DNA of 64,000 bases from Euryarchaeota archaeon UBA256 (GTDB taxonomy: Archaea > Thermoplasmatota > Poseidoniia > Poseidoniales > Poseidoniaceae): assembly GCA_002494645.1 (NCBI GenBank), contig DACE01000010.1, positions 80,559 to 144,558 of the forward strand, in the 5' to 3' direction. Position numbers and translations under genes: made by a program. Below are positions 50,664 through 60,225 of the stretch, in pieces. The notes below the pieces were generated by a model. That model searched no databases, had not been told where the DNA came from, and saw only the letters and a list, made by a program, of their open reading frames with translations. Position 1 is the stretch's first letter. Each line of letters begins with the position of its first letter.

Positions 50664-51437
50664 TCAGTCTAACGGGGTTGGTTGCTGGCCCTCAATTTGG
50701 GGCTTCCTTCCACGGAATCGACTTGCCATTCCAAATGGATACAGCAGTCGTCCTTGAACTTCATCAAAACCAACCCGCTTCATCATCTTTCGATAGTAGC
50801 CATTTGTACCGTAATGCGTGTAACTTTTTGCGAGCCCTTTCCACGGGTGGTTTTTGTCTTTGGTGATCAGGCGCGCCATGATCTGAACCACCGTATTCAT
50901 CCAGAGAACTCCGAATATTCCATGAAGTTTGTTGGCCTTACCTGCATCACAAATGACCAACTGACCGCCGGGTTTGAGGACGCGGTAGATTTCTCGAAGC
51001 CCTTGCTCCTTATCCTTGAAATCACGGAATGAGAACAAACAAAACACCATGTCAAAGTTGTCATCAGGCAAGGGGATTGACTCAGCGATGGCTTCAACAT
51101 ATGCTGCCGGAGATTCGCCTCGCTGCTGACGAGCGCTATCCACGCGACGTCGTGCGGTTGCGAGCATTTCGGGAGAGGGATCGAGGCAAGTCACATCCAA
51201 GCCCGTTAAATCCTCAGCGAAGGAACCCGGTCCGCAGCCTACTTCGAGAACTTTCATGCCCGGTTTAGCGTGCTGACGAACATTTCTGCGCCATCGCTTG
51301 TCCTGGCCGAATGTCATCCAAGTATTGACTCGGTCATAGTTCGGAATGGTCGCTTCAAGCTGTCCTTCGAGTTCTTCCCATGCCTCAGGATCAATGCCCG
51401 AGGGGTCAAATCCACCCGTAGCGGCCCGCTTGCCCAT
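50664..51437 (-). CDS. UbiE/MenG-family SAM-dependent methyltransferase (demethylmenaquinone methyltransferase-like)
   Basis: YDRVNTWMTFGQDKRWRR...VLEVGCGPGSF (SAM motif I). Confidence 0.65.
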   Translation of the reverse strand: MGKRAATGGFDPSGIDPEAWEELEGQLEATIPNYDRVNTWMTFGQDKRWRRNVRQHAKPGMKVLEVGCGPGSFAEDLTGLDVTCLDPSPEMLATARRRVDSARQQRGESPAAYVEAIAESIPLPDDNFDMVFCLFSFRDFKDKEQGLREIYRVLKPGGQLVICDAGKANKLHGIFGVLWMNTVVQIMARLITKDKNHPWKGLAKSYTHYGTNGYYRKMMKRVGFDEVQGRLLYPFGMASRFRGRKPQIEGQQPTPLD

Positions 51438-51494
51438 GGCTGTTGGGAACCCCCGACTGTTTTGGACATGTCGTTTCGCACACGATGCTCAGCA

Positions 51495-52298
51495 TCATGC
51501 GATACGTTCGACCGTTTCGGGCGTGATTCCTTCTTCTGGCGTCACGCGGAACACTAAGATTTTGAGATTCTCAGGAGCGTTTCTGAATTTTGAAACGATC
51601 ATTGAATTTTCGAAATCTGTTCCAATTGTCCGTACTTTGAACGAGAGAACCATGTCGGCAATCGAGGACAACTCTTGTTTGATTGAAGGGTTCAGCCCAT
51701 CGGTTGAAACGGATATCATCAACAAACCACGTACCATCTGTGCGTGTGCTTGAAGCATACGAACCATAGAAATGACGCGGGATGGGTCTTCACGCTGCAG
51801 GAAGAAATCCAAGTTGTCCAAGACAGCCCTGAAATAGGGACCACAGCCCATGATTTCATTGGTGACTTCAGTAAGATAATCCTGATTGCTGTCATCTACA
51901 AACCGTGTCTGGGCCAAACGCTGGATGTCTGCCAACTGGAATCCTTCAAGACGGTACCTACTCGCCAAAAGGTCGCGTTCGAGAACGTTGGCGTTATACT
52001 CCTCACCGATGGTTCGAACATTGATGTCAAGAGGCCAATTGTATTTTTTGAAGATACGAGTAATCTCCTGTTGTCCTTCGTCCGTGGTGATGTAGAGCGT
52101 GTTATCTGGTTCTTCAGCGGGAGAAGTGAATTGTTTGGCAAATAATTCGCTACCAGAACCTGTTTCGGTGAACGCGATGATGGTGAAACCTCTTGGGACT
52201 CCTCCGTTCATTTCATTATCGAATTTTGGAACGCCAAAAGAGCCAACGGTGCCAAAAAATTCCTCATCTTCGGGGTCAAAGTCAAATGTTCTTGCCAT
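51495..52298 (-). CDS. KaiC/RecA-superfamily paralog with degenerate P-loop (GSGSE)
   Basis: GGVPRGFTIIAFTETGSGSELFAKQF has the KaiC-like fold context but lacks the GK[ST] lysine. Confidence 0.5.
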   Translation of the reverse strand: MARTFDFDPEDEEFFGTVGSFGVPKFDNEMNGGVPRGFTIIAFTETGSGSELFAKQFTSPAEEPDNTLYITTDEGQQEITRIFKKYNWPLDINVRTIGEEYNANVLERDLLASRYRLEGFQLADIQRLAQTRFVDDSNQDYLTEVTNEIMGCGPYFRAVLDNLDFFLQREDPSRVISMVRMLQAHAQMVRGLLMISVSTDGLNPSIKQELSSIADMVLSFKVRTIGTDFENSMIVSKFRNAPENLKILVFRVTPEEGITPETVERIA

Positions 52299-52308
52299 CC
52301 TTCATCCC

Positions 52309-52908
52309 TCACATTAAGACCACTTGGCCACGGTCGACGATATCCGTGCAATACGTGTCGAGATTCGCCAGGACCAGGGGTGGTGTTTGGTCGGGCACGT
52401 TAAGAATTACAGAAAGCACCTCCCGTTGCCGGAAGGTGTTGATGAAGGTGTGAAGGTATTCAGCCAGCATTCGGTCATCGTTGTAAATGGCCAAGGCATT
52501 GACACTGTCAAGGAAGACGAAATTTCGTTGTGAATTCACGGTCCGTAGGACATACAGTGTTCGCAGCAGAGTGCTCTCGAGCATGATGGGGCTATCGATG
52601 AAGGTAATGTTGGGGTATTCCACATCCGTCCCACCGAGTACTCCAGAGGAGACCAAGTCAAGGAAGTGAATGTTGGACACATCGATGCCAACAGCTTCGA
52701 AGGCCTGTATGATTTCAACAGCTCCTCGGCTTGCTGAAATGTAGACACCACCCATCTCAAACATCTGCATGAGTGGAAGAATGGTGCTTGCGGTCACCAT
52801 GAAGGAATTGGATGTACCAACTCGGACTTGAACGGCGCTACCGAGAGAGACTTGAGTGAGTTGTTCTGCGATTCGTTGGTCAAGTTCGAACATATTTATT
52901 GCCCCCAT
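52309..52908 (-). CDS. KaiC/RecA-like domain protein lacking a P-loop
   Basis: 199 aa with a VFLDSVNAL Walker-B-like strand and no Walker A; overlaps the upstream paralog by 13 nt. Confidence 0.4.
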   Translation of the reverse strand: MGAINMFELDQRIAEQLTQVSLGSAVQVRVGTSNSFMVTASTILPLMQMFEMGGVYISASRGAVEIIQAFEAVGIDVSNIHFLDLVSSGVLGGTDVEYPNITFIDSPIMLESTLLRTLYVLRTVNSQRNFVFLDSVNALAIYNDDRMLAEYLHTFINTFRQREVLSVILNVPDQTPPLVLANLDTYCTDIVDRGQVVLM

Positions 52909-53678
52909 CGCGAGTTTTTGTCACTCGAAGCGCCCCACTTTAGCATCGGAATAAGCATCACTCCCAGCGGCGTTAATTCAATGGCATGCTTGGCCCGACT
53001 ATGGGCAGTTCCGCGCATTTTCACCACTTGAAGGAAGCGAAGTAAATGACCCATCCGTTCTGCGTCGCCCATGACGATAATGCCGTCAGCAATGGCTTCT
53101 TCAACACCAAATGAAGACCAATGGGCGTTTTCTGTTGCAGAAGTAATCTCAGAGATGAGGATGGTCGTACATCCAAGCGTAGCCAATTTCTTTCCCAGCG
53201 TGAAGAGGAAATCTCGAATCAATTGTTCGGATTTAATTTTGTAACAAAGCGTTGTCACGGAATCGATCACAAGGCGCGTCACACCGATGGTGTTCACGAT
53301 GTCAACGATGGATTTGATGAGGGCGTGGACGTCGTCAAGGTCAAATGAAGCCTTATCGAGGCCGAGCCACGAATACAAAACGTCCATATCAAAAACGTTG
53401 ATGAGACCCGAATCGACCATGTTCATGTCAAAAAAGGCATATTGGCGAATGTTTTCAAGCAACTTGACAGAGGGTTCAGTCGCTGTAAAGTGGGCGCAGG
53501 CTTCACCAGCCAATGCGCCACGGACGAGAAATTCCATGGCCAAGGTGGTCTTTCCTGAACCGCAGGTTCCAGCCGCAAGAACCGTTGAACCGTAGGGGAT
53601 GCCCCCTCGTAAAATCTCATCCAACCCGTGGATTCCTGTGACACATCGGTCTCGCGTGTAAGTACTGGTGGATTGCAT
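52896..53678 (-). CDS. KaiC-like RecA-superfamily ATPase (intact Walker A/B)
   Basis: Start trimmed to the ATG at 53678 to avoid a 137 nt overlap. GIHGLDEILRGGIPYGSTVLAAGTCGSGKTTLAMEF, Walker B RLVIDSV, and a KaiC-like C-terminus VVKMRGTAHS. Confidence 0.65.
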   Translation of the reverse strand: MQSTSTYTRDRCVTGIHGLDEILRGGIPYGSTVLAAGTCGSGKTTLAMEFLVRGALAGEACAHFTATEPSVKLLENIRQYAFFDMNMVDSGLINVFDMDVLYSWLGLDKASFDLDDVHALIKSIVDIVNTIGVTRLVIDSVTTLCYKIKSEQLIRDFLFTLGKKLATLGCTTILISEITSATENAHWSSFGVEEAIADGIIVMGDAERMGHLLRFLQVVKMRGTAHSRAKHAIELTPLGVMLIPMLKWGASSDKNSRWGQ

Positions 53679-53745
53679 GGGAACAAGACAGAGGATGGGC
53701 CGAGGGTTGATGAAATGTTTGTACGCAATCAACGCAAAGGGGCCG

Positions 53746-54834
53746 TCAAGAGGGGGGCGTATACTCTCCGGGGGTGGGGTCGTCCTGCAAACTCCAAGAC
53801 GTTGATGAGAACCTGTTGTCTCCATCCCATTCCATGGATTGTCCGGTGACCATGAACAGTCCCGTATTTCCTCCCCATTCAACTCGCATGACGTCAGAGG
53901 GAGTGATTTCTGCGAGTTGCGTGTAACGAAGACTCAACACGCCCTGCCCGTTCGCAAGCCCATCGAGTTGCCCGACTCCAAGGAAGGCATACTGCCCTAG
54001 GTCCAAAACATGGGTTGCGTTTCCAACCTCTTGGCTCGATACATCTCCAGTCATGATTGAAATCGACTTCCCTGAGAGTACTCCCGACTGAAGAAGGAGG
54101 TCGGAAGATGTGGAGCCGCTAACGTGGTTAAGTGACCAACCTTTGAGCGAAATAGCGAAGTCGTTTGGATTGTAGACTTCGATCCATTCTGGCCCACTTG
54201 AGGAGGGGCGGGCCATGACTTCAGTGACATGCAATTGGTTGTTTTTTCGACCGCCATCATGAACTTCTAAAATAACTCGTAATCGCTCGCCATCTTGCTG
54301 GAATGACCGGTAGGCTGTGGACGAGGATGGTGCACTTCCACGCTCCGTCCCCCCCGCAAATAATACCGCGCCCACACGGCTGGAATCCGAACTCTCCTCG
54401 ACCTGGATCTTGAGATAGAGCGTCATATCGTTGTCAAGCCCCAAACCTGCCGCCATTCCCTCTTCGGTGACGTTGTGAAGGGCAGCGATTCGTTCCAAGT
54501 CCAACCTGTACTCCTGCATGAGGCCCGCTTGAACACGACCTTCTGCGAGGGCCTCCGCCGAGACGTGGTGCCATGATTCGGTCGCATTCGCGTAATCCAA
54601 GGATCCGTCAAGAGGGACGAACCAGCCCTCGCTCGAGGTGAGTCGGTCCAGCCCCATCGCTGCAGCACGGTCCAAACGGTCAACGTCAGGGTCGTTGGAG
54701 CCCATTTGCAATTGTGCAAGTGAGAGAAAGGCGGTTAAAATCATCAAAAACAGCGTGAAGGCTGAAAGAAACTCGATGACGGCAGTCAAGCCCCCCTCGT
54801 CTCGCTCCGCCGAGATGACCGGAGCCCTTCGCAT
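53746..54834 (-). CDS. membrane-anchored (pilin-like N-terminus) protein with a lamin-tail domain (LTD)
   Basis: N-terminus MRRAPVISAERDEGG|LTAVIEFLSAFTLFLMILTAFLSL resembles a class III signal/TM segment. The LTD signature EWIEVYNPNDFAISLKGWSL is present. Confidence 0.5.
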   Translation of the reverse strand: MRRAPVISAERDEGGLTAVIEFLSAFTLFLMILTAFLSLAQLQMGSNDPDVDRLDRAAAMGLDRLTSSEGWFVPLDGSLDYANATESWHHVSAEALAEGRVQAGLMQEYRLDLERIAALHNVTEEGMAAGLGLDNDMTLYLKIQVEESSDSSRVGAVLFAGGTERGSAPSSSTAYRSFQQDGERLRVILEVHDGGRKNNQLHVTEVMARPSSSGPEWIEVYNPNDFAISLKGWSLNHVSGSTSSDLLLQSGVLSGKSISIMTGDVSSQEVGNATHVLDLGQYAFLGVGQLDGLANGQGVLSLRYTQLAEITPSDVMRVEWGGNTGLFMVTGQSMEWDGDNRFSSTSWSLQDDPTPGEYTPPS

Positions 54835-54935
54835 GGTCCCTCACACTTGGCTGAGATTCATGAGGTTGCCGCAACAAAGGTGCCTTGGCCAGAGATTTCC
54901 GAGAGATCTGACAATCTCGGTGAATACCTGAAAAG

Positions 54936-57900
54936 ATGACTCTACCTCCTTTCTGGAGCGATGAGTCTTTGAAGCACCAATGCGAGGACAATATGATGAG
55001 CGAGCGCAAGCCATGGGCGAAAACCAACACTAGAGCTAGTTTCGGCTTTGTTCTCCTGCTTCTTTTTTCATCCCTTGGAGCGCTTCTTACTGCACCTGCC
55101 AGTAGCGCGTCGGTCTCGGGTTCACTCGGCTTGACAGACTCTGCGTCCCCCACTGAAGATTCATGGTATTCGGCTTTCGACACCATGACCTTTTCAGTAG
55201 AGGTGAGTAATTTGTACGCAACACCTTCAGCTAACGGTCGTGGTTTGGCTTGGTATGTCTGTGAAGGCGAAGTCACATCCTCCACTTGCAAGTCAAACTT
55301 CGATGAAAAGGGACTCTTTTCAATTGGCAGTTTGCCCGCCTCATCTTCAAACATATTCACCTCAACGGATATGTGGATTCCCGGTGGCAATGCAGAGGGA
55401 GCCTATACGGTCGTGTTCGCCTTTGACCAAAACGACCAGAACCCCTCTGATGATGAGCTGGTGTTCAACATCAACATCACTGAATTTTACATTGATGCAA
55501 TGGTCAACAACTTGCATGACCCTCTTGAAAACATCAACAACTTGGCCACCTATAACGGTAGTAGCATCTTGAACACAGGCACTGATTATACCTTCAATGC
55601 CCGGGGCCAGGCCACGATTTGTGGAGATTGTAGTTTTGATGCTGATTTTGGCTGGCAACTCTGGGACTCAGATGAGACGATGATGTTGCGAGAGGCCTAT
55701 CGGAATATCTCGACCCTGGCCGCATGGGGCGGAATGACACCCTTCAACATCAATCTCCCTGCCTTTTCGTTCAATCAAGAAGGCGAGTACATCATGAAGT
55801 GGGGCGTATTTTCGAGCACTGGAAACCCCCATGGGGACTTGAATCCAAGCAATAACATAGCCTCAACATCACTGGTTCTTGATGATAGCATCGACCTCCA
55901 AGTTGTGGATGTTTATCCCAGCCACAACTCACAAGCATCAACCTTCTATTACGGGACTGACCGAGTCAAAGCCGATATCCTCAATCAAGGGAACATGTCC
56001 ATCGACAATGTCACGGCAGCCTTCGAAGTCTATGACGAGCAATTCCAACTCGAAGTCCAAGATTCCTGCGACATCGCAATGCTTCATCCAGGGGAAAGCG
56101 CAACCTGTTCCTTTAACCTCACGACGACGGGTACGAGTCGCCTGCTGAGGGTTCAACTACCGACCATCTTCCAAGCCGGTGAAGATGCCAGAATGGCTGA
56201 CAATCTCTTTTCGTTCAATGCCGATGTGGAAACTGGAGCGATCAATCCCTATGTGCAAACCAATGCTGAAAACAATATCTATGAGAGTTCTGATGATGTT
56301 GAATTGGTCGGTCGCTTCAGTAGCATTGCCTCGCAGCCGCTCAATTATACATGGAGAGAGGGGTTCTATAATTGGGGACACGGCCAGGTGCTCAATGAAA
56401 CAGGGGAAACTTTTGGCCTTGGCCATCACAGTCTCACTCTTGAGGTGCGTGATCCCTTCGGCAACACAGAATACGCATATGTTGAATTTGATGTTCTTAA
56501 TTCAATCAACCTGAGTGTAGAACCCTATTGGACGGGTTATGCCGTAACCGAACAGGAGGCTGACGTAGAACATGAAATTGCTCTACCTTACCTCGGCAGC
56601 AATTACGGGATTGGTGAAGGAAAATCACCTCTCATGATGATTTCCATTGATATTATACCAGCAACAGGTAATGAGATCGTCTTGCGAGAGTTGTATTTGG
56701 ACATGAATTTGAGTGAATTACTCCCTGGTAACATTGACCTATCAACCGTAGATTTGCGCTACCTTCCCACCCTTAGTTCGACCCTCTGGACCTACATTGA
56801 TGGCGTTGACACCTATGAGATCAGCGAGGCTGGAATTGCAAGCCTCTCGTTAACAAAAGACGGTGTTATCCTCATCGTTGGCGTTCTACCCGAAACCAAT
56901 GTAACGGTTGACAATCTGAACTGGACGCGTTTAGCAGGCGGGCAAATTGAACTTAATTGGACCGCTGTTGGAGATATCACGAATCCATATGTTGGAGGTT
57001 GGAACATCTACAAACTGCAAGGCGTGAGCGGTACTACCTTCTTCCCTGACCCTAACGCAGGCATCAATGAAGACATCTGGGAAGAATTAACCGGTGAATC
57101 CTTCGCCACGACCATGGCACTTAGCGATGAATCATGGCTTGACCCTGAGCCATTACCGACTGGTATTTGTGCATCGTATGCCATTCTCCCGATTGACCGA
57201 GAAGGAAACCCAAATTACGAGATGGCTGAAATTGCCAGAAACAATGGTGCTCCTGGCCTTCTATGTGGCGATGCAATCCCACCAACAACTTCGATAATCC
57301 AATTCAATCATGAATGGCAATTTACAAACGACACCGACTGCTTTGACTACAAGAAAGACTGGTCCTTGTGCTACGTTGTTAACCTAACTTGGATTTGGCC
57401 CGACCATGAAGCACAAGGTGAACTCAAGTGGAATCTCTATCGCTTGGAATATGCCCCCAGTAACGTCGACCTGAAATTCATCAATCCGATTGCGGCTGGA
57501 CTTTCGGGTACACCTGGCGAGCAAGGTACCTTCAATCAGAGCGGCATGCAGATTGACGGCATTCAACCTTACCGAACCTACTACTATGTTCTCGCCCCCA
57601 TTGATAGCGTTGGTAATGAGCAAATGATTGCTAATTATCCATCCGATAATGTTGAACGTGTCTCCATTCAAGACGACTGGTGGACCTACAACCAACACCT
57701 TATCCCACCAGAACCTGAACCCCCTGAACCACCTCTGGGCATTCCATGGTTGCAAAAATTAAACGATGCGACCCAGGTGAGTGAATTTCAATTCGCTGGA
57801 TTTGCACTGCTGGGGATTTTCGTCCTCAACGCCATTCTTCTTCCACTCCTTCTCAAGAAGCGGAAGCGCCTCAAGCGAGTGATGGAGGCCCGAAAGCGCA

Positions 57901-57947
57901 ATCGTTCGAAAGATTACGATAGCGAATTCGACGATTTCTTCGAATGA
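54936..57947 (+). CDS. large secreted cell-surface protein (signal peptide, C-terminal TM anchor); adhesin/S-layer-like
   Basis: Signal peptide FGFVLLLLFSSLGALLTAPASSA; Thr/Asn/Asp-rich beta-rich body; C-terminal FAGFALLGIFVLNAILLPLLLKKRKR anchor. The probable start is an internal ATG at ~54993. Confidence 0.55.
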   Translation: MTLPPFWSDESLKHQCEDNMMSERKPWAKTNTRASFGFVLLLLFSSLGALLTAPASSASVSGSLGLTDSASPTEDSWYSAFDTMTFSVEVSNLYATPSANGRGLAWYVCEGEVTSSTCKSNFDEKGLFSIGSLPASSSNIFTSTDMWIPGGNAEGAYTVVFAFDQNDQNPSDDELVFNINITEFYIDAMVNNLHDPLENINNLATYNGSSILNTGTDYTFNARGQATICGDCSFDADFGWQLWDSDETMMLREAYRNISTLAAWGGMTPFNINLPAFSFNQEGEYIMKWGVFSSTGNPHGDLNPSNNIASTSLVLDDSIDLQVVDVYPSHNSQASTFYYGTDRVKADILNQGNMSIDNVTAAFEVYDEQFQLEVQDSCDIAMLHPGESATCSFNLTTTGTSRLLRVQLPTIFQAGEDARMADNLFSFNADVETGAINPYVQTNAENNIYESSDDVELVGRFSSIASQPLNYTWREGFYNWGHGQVLNETGETFGLGHHSLTLEVRDPFGNTEYAYVEFDVLNSINLSVEPYWTGYAVTEQEADVEHEIALPYLGSNYGIGEGKSPLMMISIDIIPATGNEIVLRELYLDMNLSELLPGNIDLSTVDLRYLPTLSSTLWTYIDGVDTYEISEAGIASLSLTKDGVILIVGVLPETNVTVDNLNWTRLAGGQIELNWTAVGDITNPYVGGWNIYKLQGVSGTTFFPDPNAGINEDIWEELTGESFATTMALSDESWLDPEPLPTGICASYAILPIDREGNPNYEMAEIARNNGAPGLLCGDAIPPTTSIIQFNHEWQFTNDTDCFDYKKDWSLCYVVNLTWIWPDHEAQGELKWNLYRLEYAPSNVDLKFINPIAAGLSGTPGEQGTFNQSGMQIDGIQPYRTYYYVLAPIDSVGNEQMIANYPSDNVERVSIQDDWWTYNQHLIPPEPEPPEPPLGIPWLQKLNDATQVSEFQFAGFALLGIFVLNAILLPLLLKKRKRLKRVMEARKRNRSKDYDSEFDDFFE

Positions 57948-57951
57948 GTAT

Positions 57952-58038
57952 TGGCGCGGCAGGGGAGATTCGAACTCCCGAGGTGAGACACCACTGGATT
58001 AGCAATCCAGCGCAATGGCCAGGCTATGCGACTGCCGC
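57952..58038 (-). tRNA. tRNA-Ser (anticodon GCU), genomically encoded CCA
   Basis: Reverse complement folds as a cloverleaf. It has a perfect 7-bp acceptor stem GCGGCAG/CTGCCGC, an anticodon stem CTGGA/TCCAG with loop TTGCTAA, a 14-nt variable arm (class II), T-arm GGGAG-TTCGAAT-CTCCC, discriminator G, and CCA. Confidence 0.8.
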
Positions 58039-58105
58039 TCGCAAACTTGGCGACCAAAGGTCTTCTCATGAACATGACGGTGGTCAAGACTTCATTCTCA
58101 AAGCC

Positions 58106-59125
58106 TCAAAGGGGCCCAAGTACCCCGAGCATCGAACTGGGGATGAAGATGATCAAAACAAGCGAAAGGAACATCCAACCGAGGTAATACAAGCTCCTGA
58201 AGAAGGACTTCGCTGCTTTGGGCATTCGGCCCTGTTCGTCAAAGGCTTCGTGTGGGTCAATCGCCCATACAGATGCGGAATACCATAGCGTCAAGCCACC
58301 CGAGACAAAAGCCCACAGAAGAGGTAGGCCAGAATCAGGCCAAAAGCACGGTACAGAACCCAGCAAAAAGAGCAAGATACAATAGAATTTGGCTTGTTTG
58401 AGCGTATATTCAGGCCCCTTAACTTCATTCATCATTGGAATGTTAACCTTCCCGTATTCGCCAGAGCGATAGAGGGCAAGGGCCCAGAAATGAGGGGGTG
58501 TCCACAGGAAGATGAGAAAAAAGAACACCCAAGGAATCGGAGATCCAAGAGCAAGTACACTGCCTCTCGCAATAGACTCACCTGCTGCTGCTGCCCATCC
58601 AATCAAGGGAGGTGTAGCCCCTGCGATACCACCAATGACAATGTTTTGTGGTGTACGACGTTTGAGCCACATCGAATAAACAAAAACGTAGAAAAGCACT
58701 GAGAAAAATGACCAAAACGCTGCCTTCACACTCACCAAGAGAAACAAGGCCGAGCCGAGCAGTGCAATGGTACTCCCAAACGCGAGGGCAAATTGTGGTG
58801 TTGCATGGCCTTGTGGGATAGGCCGGTTCATGGTTCGCCGCATGTGCGGGTCGATGTCAGCATCGTACCACATGTTGATGGCGTTTGAGCCACCTGCAGA
58901 AAGGGTTCCACCCACAACGGTGAGGGCAATGGTTCCAAGTGTATCTGTCCACGAACGATCAAGTTGGATGACATCGTAGCGGGCGAGGGTATCGTGCACT
59001 AATATTGCACAAATCGCCGTGATCTGCAGCAAGACAATGACTCGGAGTTTCATCAGACGAATCATGACCTTGAACAGACCAGGGTAGTCAAGTTCAGTAC
59101 CTTTTTCGGGCTCTGGACCGGTCAT
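58106..59125 (-). CDS. ctaB: protoheme IX farnesyltransferase (heme O synthase)
   Basis: UbiA-family polytopic protein; motif NMWYDADIDPHMRRTMNRPIP. Confidence 0.8.
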   Translation of the reverse strand: MTGPEPEKGTELDYPGLFKVMIRLMKLRVIVLLQITAICAILVHDTLARYDVIQLDRSWTDTLGTIALTVVGGTLSAGGSNAINMWYDADIDPHMRRTMNRPIPQGHATPQFALAFGSTIALLGSALFLLVSVKAAFWSFFSVLFYVFVYSMWLKRRTPQNIVIGGIAGATPPLIGWAAAAGESIARGSVLALGSPIPWVFFFLIFLWTPPHFWALALYRSGEYGKVNIPMMNEVKGPEYTLKQAKFYCILLFLLGSVPCFWPDSGLPLLWAFVSGGLTLWYSASVWAIDPHEAFDEQGRMPKAAKSFFRSLYYLGWMFLSLVLIIFIPSSMLGVLGPL

Positions 59126-60192
59126 TCTTGCTCAGCCCCGAAGGTTTGTTCTGACGCTTGGCAAAAACGCATGCAGAACATCAAAAATACGGCTGAAAGG
59201 AAGGCGCCTACACCCACCACAAGGTGAAGAAGAGAAAGCCATTCTGGGAAATCGCCTACCTTTGCGAAAACGATGTAGGACCCGCCCACCATGACGTTGA
59301 GAAGCCAAATTCCAGTCGTGATTTCTCCAAAACGAACCAATTCCTTTGCTCCGTCTCGCTCTTGGGCTGACGTACGAAGGTTTGAAACACCAAGAATGAG
59401 GACCAAACCGACCACAAGAGCACCAAACCGATGAATCATCTGAATGAAAATCCCAGGGCCTTCGAGGGAGGGAAGGAAGGACCCTTGGCATTGAGGCCAG
59501 CCCGTCGGGAAGCCAACCGAGCAACTTTGGTTGTATTGACCTCCAGCAGAAGAAGAAACCCATGCACCGAGAACCAGCAATAAACCCACTGCACCTGCCA
59601 TTGCATTCGCTCGAGAGATATGGGCGTTGACGAAGTCCTGTGGTGAACGAAGGAAGGCCCAACGCACTCCTTCCCGAATTCTCATCTCCATAAATTGCCA
59701 AATCAAGCCTGCTGTGAAGACACAAGCAAGGGAAAGGTGGAGCGCGACGGTCCAGTCTGCGTTATCGTAACGTACGGTAATGTAACCTGCAGTGGCTTGA
59801 ACAACCAACAAGACAGCGGAAAACATCGAACTCTGGACGACCCGCTTGCCGTAGGTCTTTTGCGACCGAAGGGCCATCACCACGTTGTAGATAATGGGGA
59901 GGGCGATGAGGCCAACCAAAAGCCGATGGAACCATTCAACAAAGATTTGGAAGGTTGTGTAACGGTGATCTTCACCACGGGAATCAATTTCTTCAGGATT
60001 CGCATCCCAGTAGGCTTCCTGCTCTTCTTCGGATACATCAAAATGCCAGGTTCCAAAGCAGGTCGGCCATTCAGGACAGGACTCACCAGCGTCGTTGATT
60101 CGTATGCTTCCCCCGACGATGACAATGAGGAGGGCCATCACGGCGAGAACAAGCGGTAAGGTCGACGGGCGACGCCAAACCGATTCTTCCAT
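59122..60192 (-). CDS. ctaA: heme A synthase (CtaA/COX15 family)
   Basis: Start set at the ATG at 60192 (MEESVWRR...). GGSIRINDAGESCPEWPTC matches the CtaA cysteine-pair motif. 4-nt overlap with ctaB. Confidence 0.7.
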   Translation of the reverse strand: MEESVWRRPSTLPLVLAVMALLIVIVGGSIRINDAGESCPEWPTCFGTWHFDVSEEEQEAYWDANPEEIDSRGEDHRYTTFQIFVEWFHRLLVGLIALPIIYNVVMALRSQKTYGKRVVQSSMFSAVLLVVQATAGYITVRYDNADWTVALHLSLACVFTAGLIWQFMEMRIREGVRWAFLRSPQDFVNAHISRANAMAGAVGLLLVLGAWVSSSAGGQYNQSCSVGFPTGWPQCQGSFLPSLEGPGIFIQMIHRFGALVVGLVLILGVSNLRTSAQERDGAKELVRFGEITTGIWLLNVMVGGSYIVFAKVGDFPEWLSLLHLVVGVGAFLSAVFLMFCMRFCQASEQTFGAEQE

Positions 60193-60225
60193 GTTGCACC
60201 GTGGGAGCAGACCCCTTTTGAACAA

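Noticed and set aside
54686-55390. 234 aa minus-strand ORF
   Set aside because: It overlaps the LTD gene end and the 5' part of the large plus-strand surface-protein gene; no motifs; likely spurious.
57944-58288. 114 aa plus-strand ORF
   Set aside because: It overlaps the well-folding tRNA-Ser on the opposite strand and the 3' end of ctaB.
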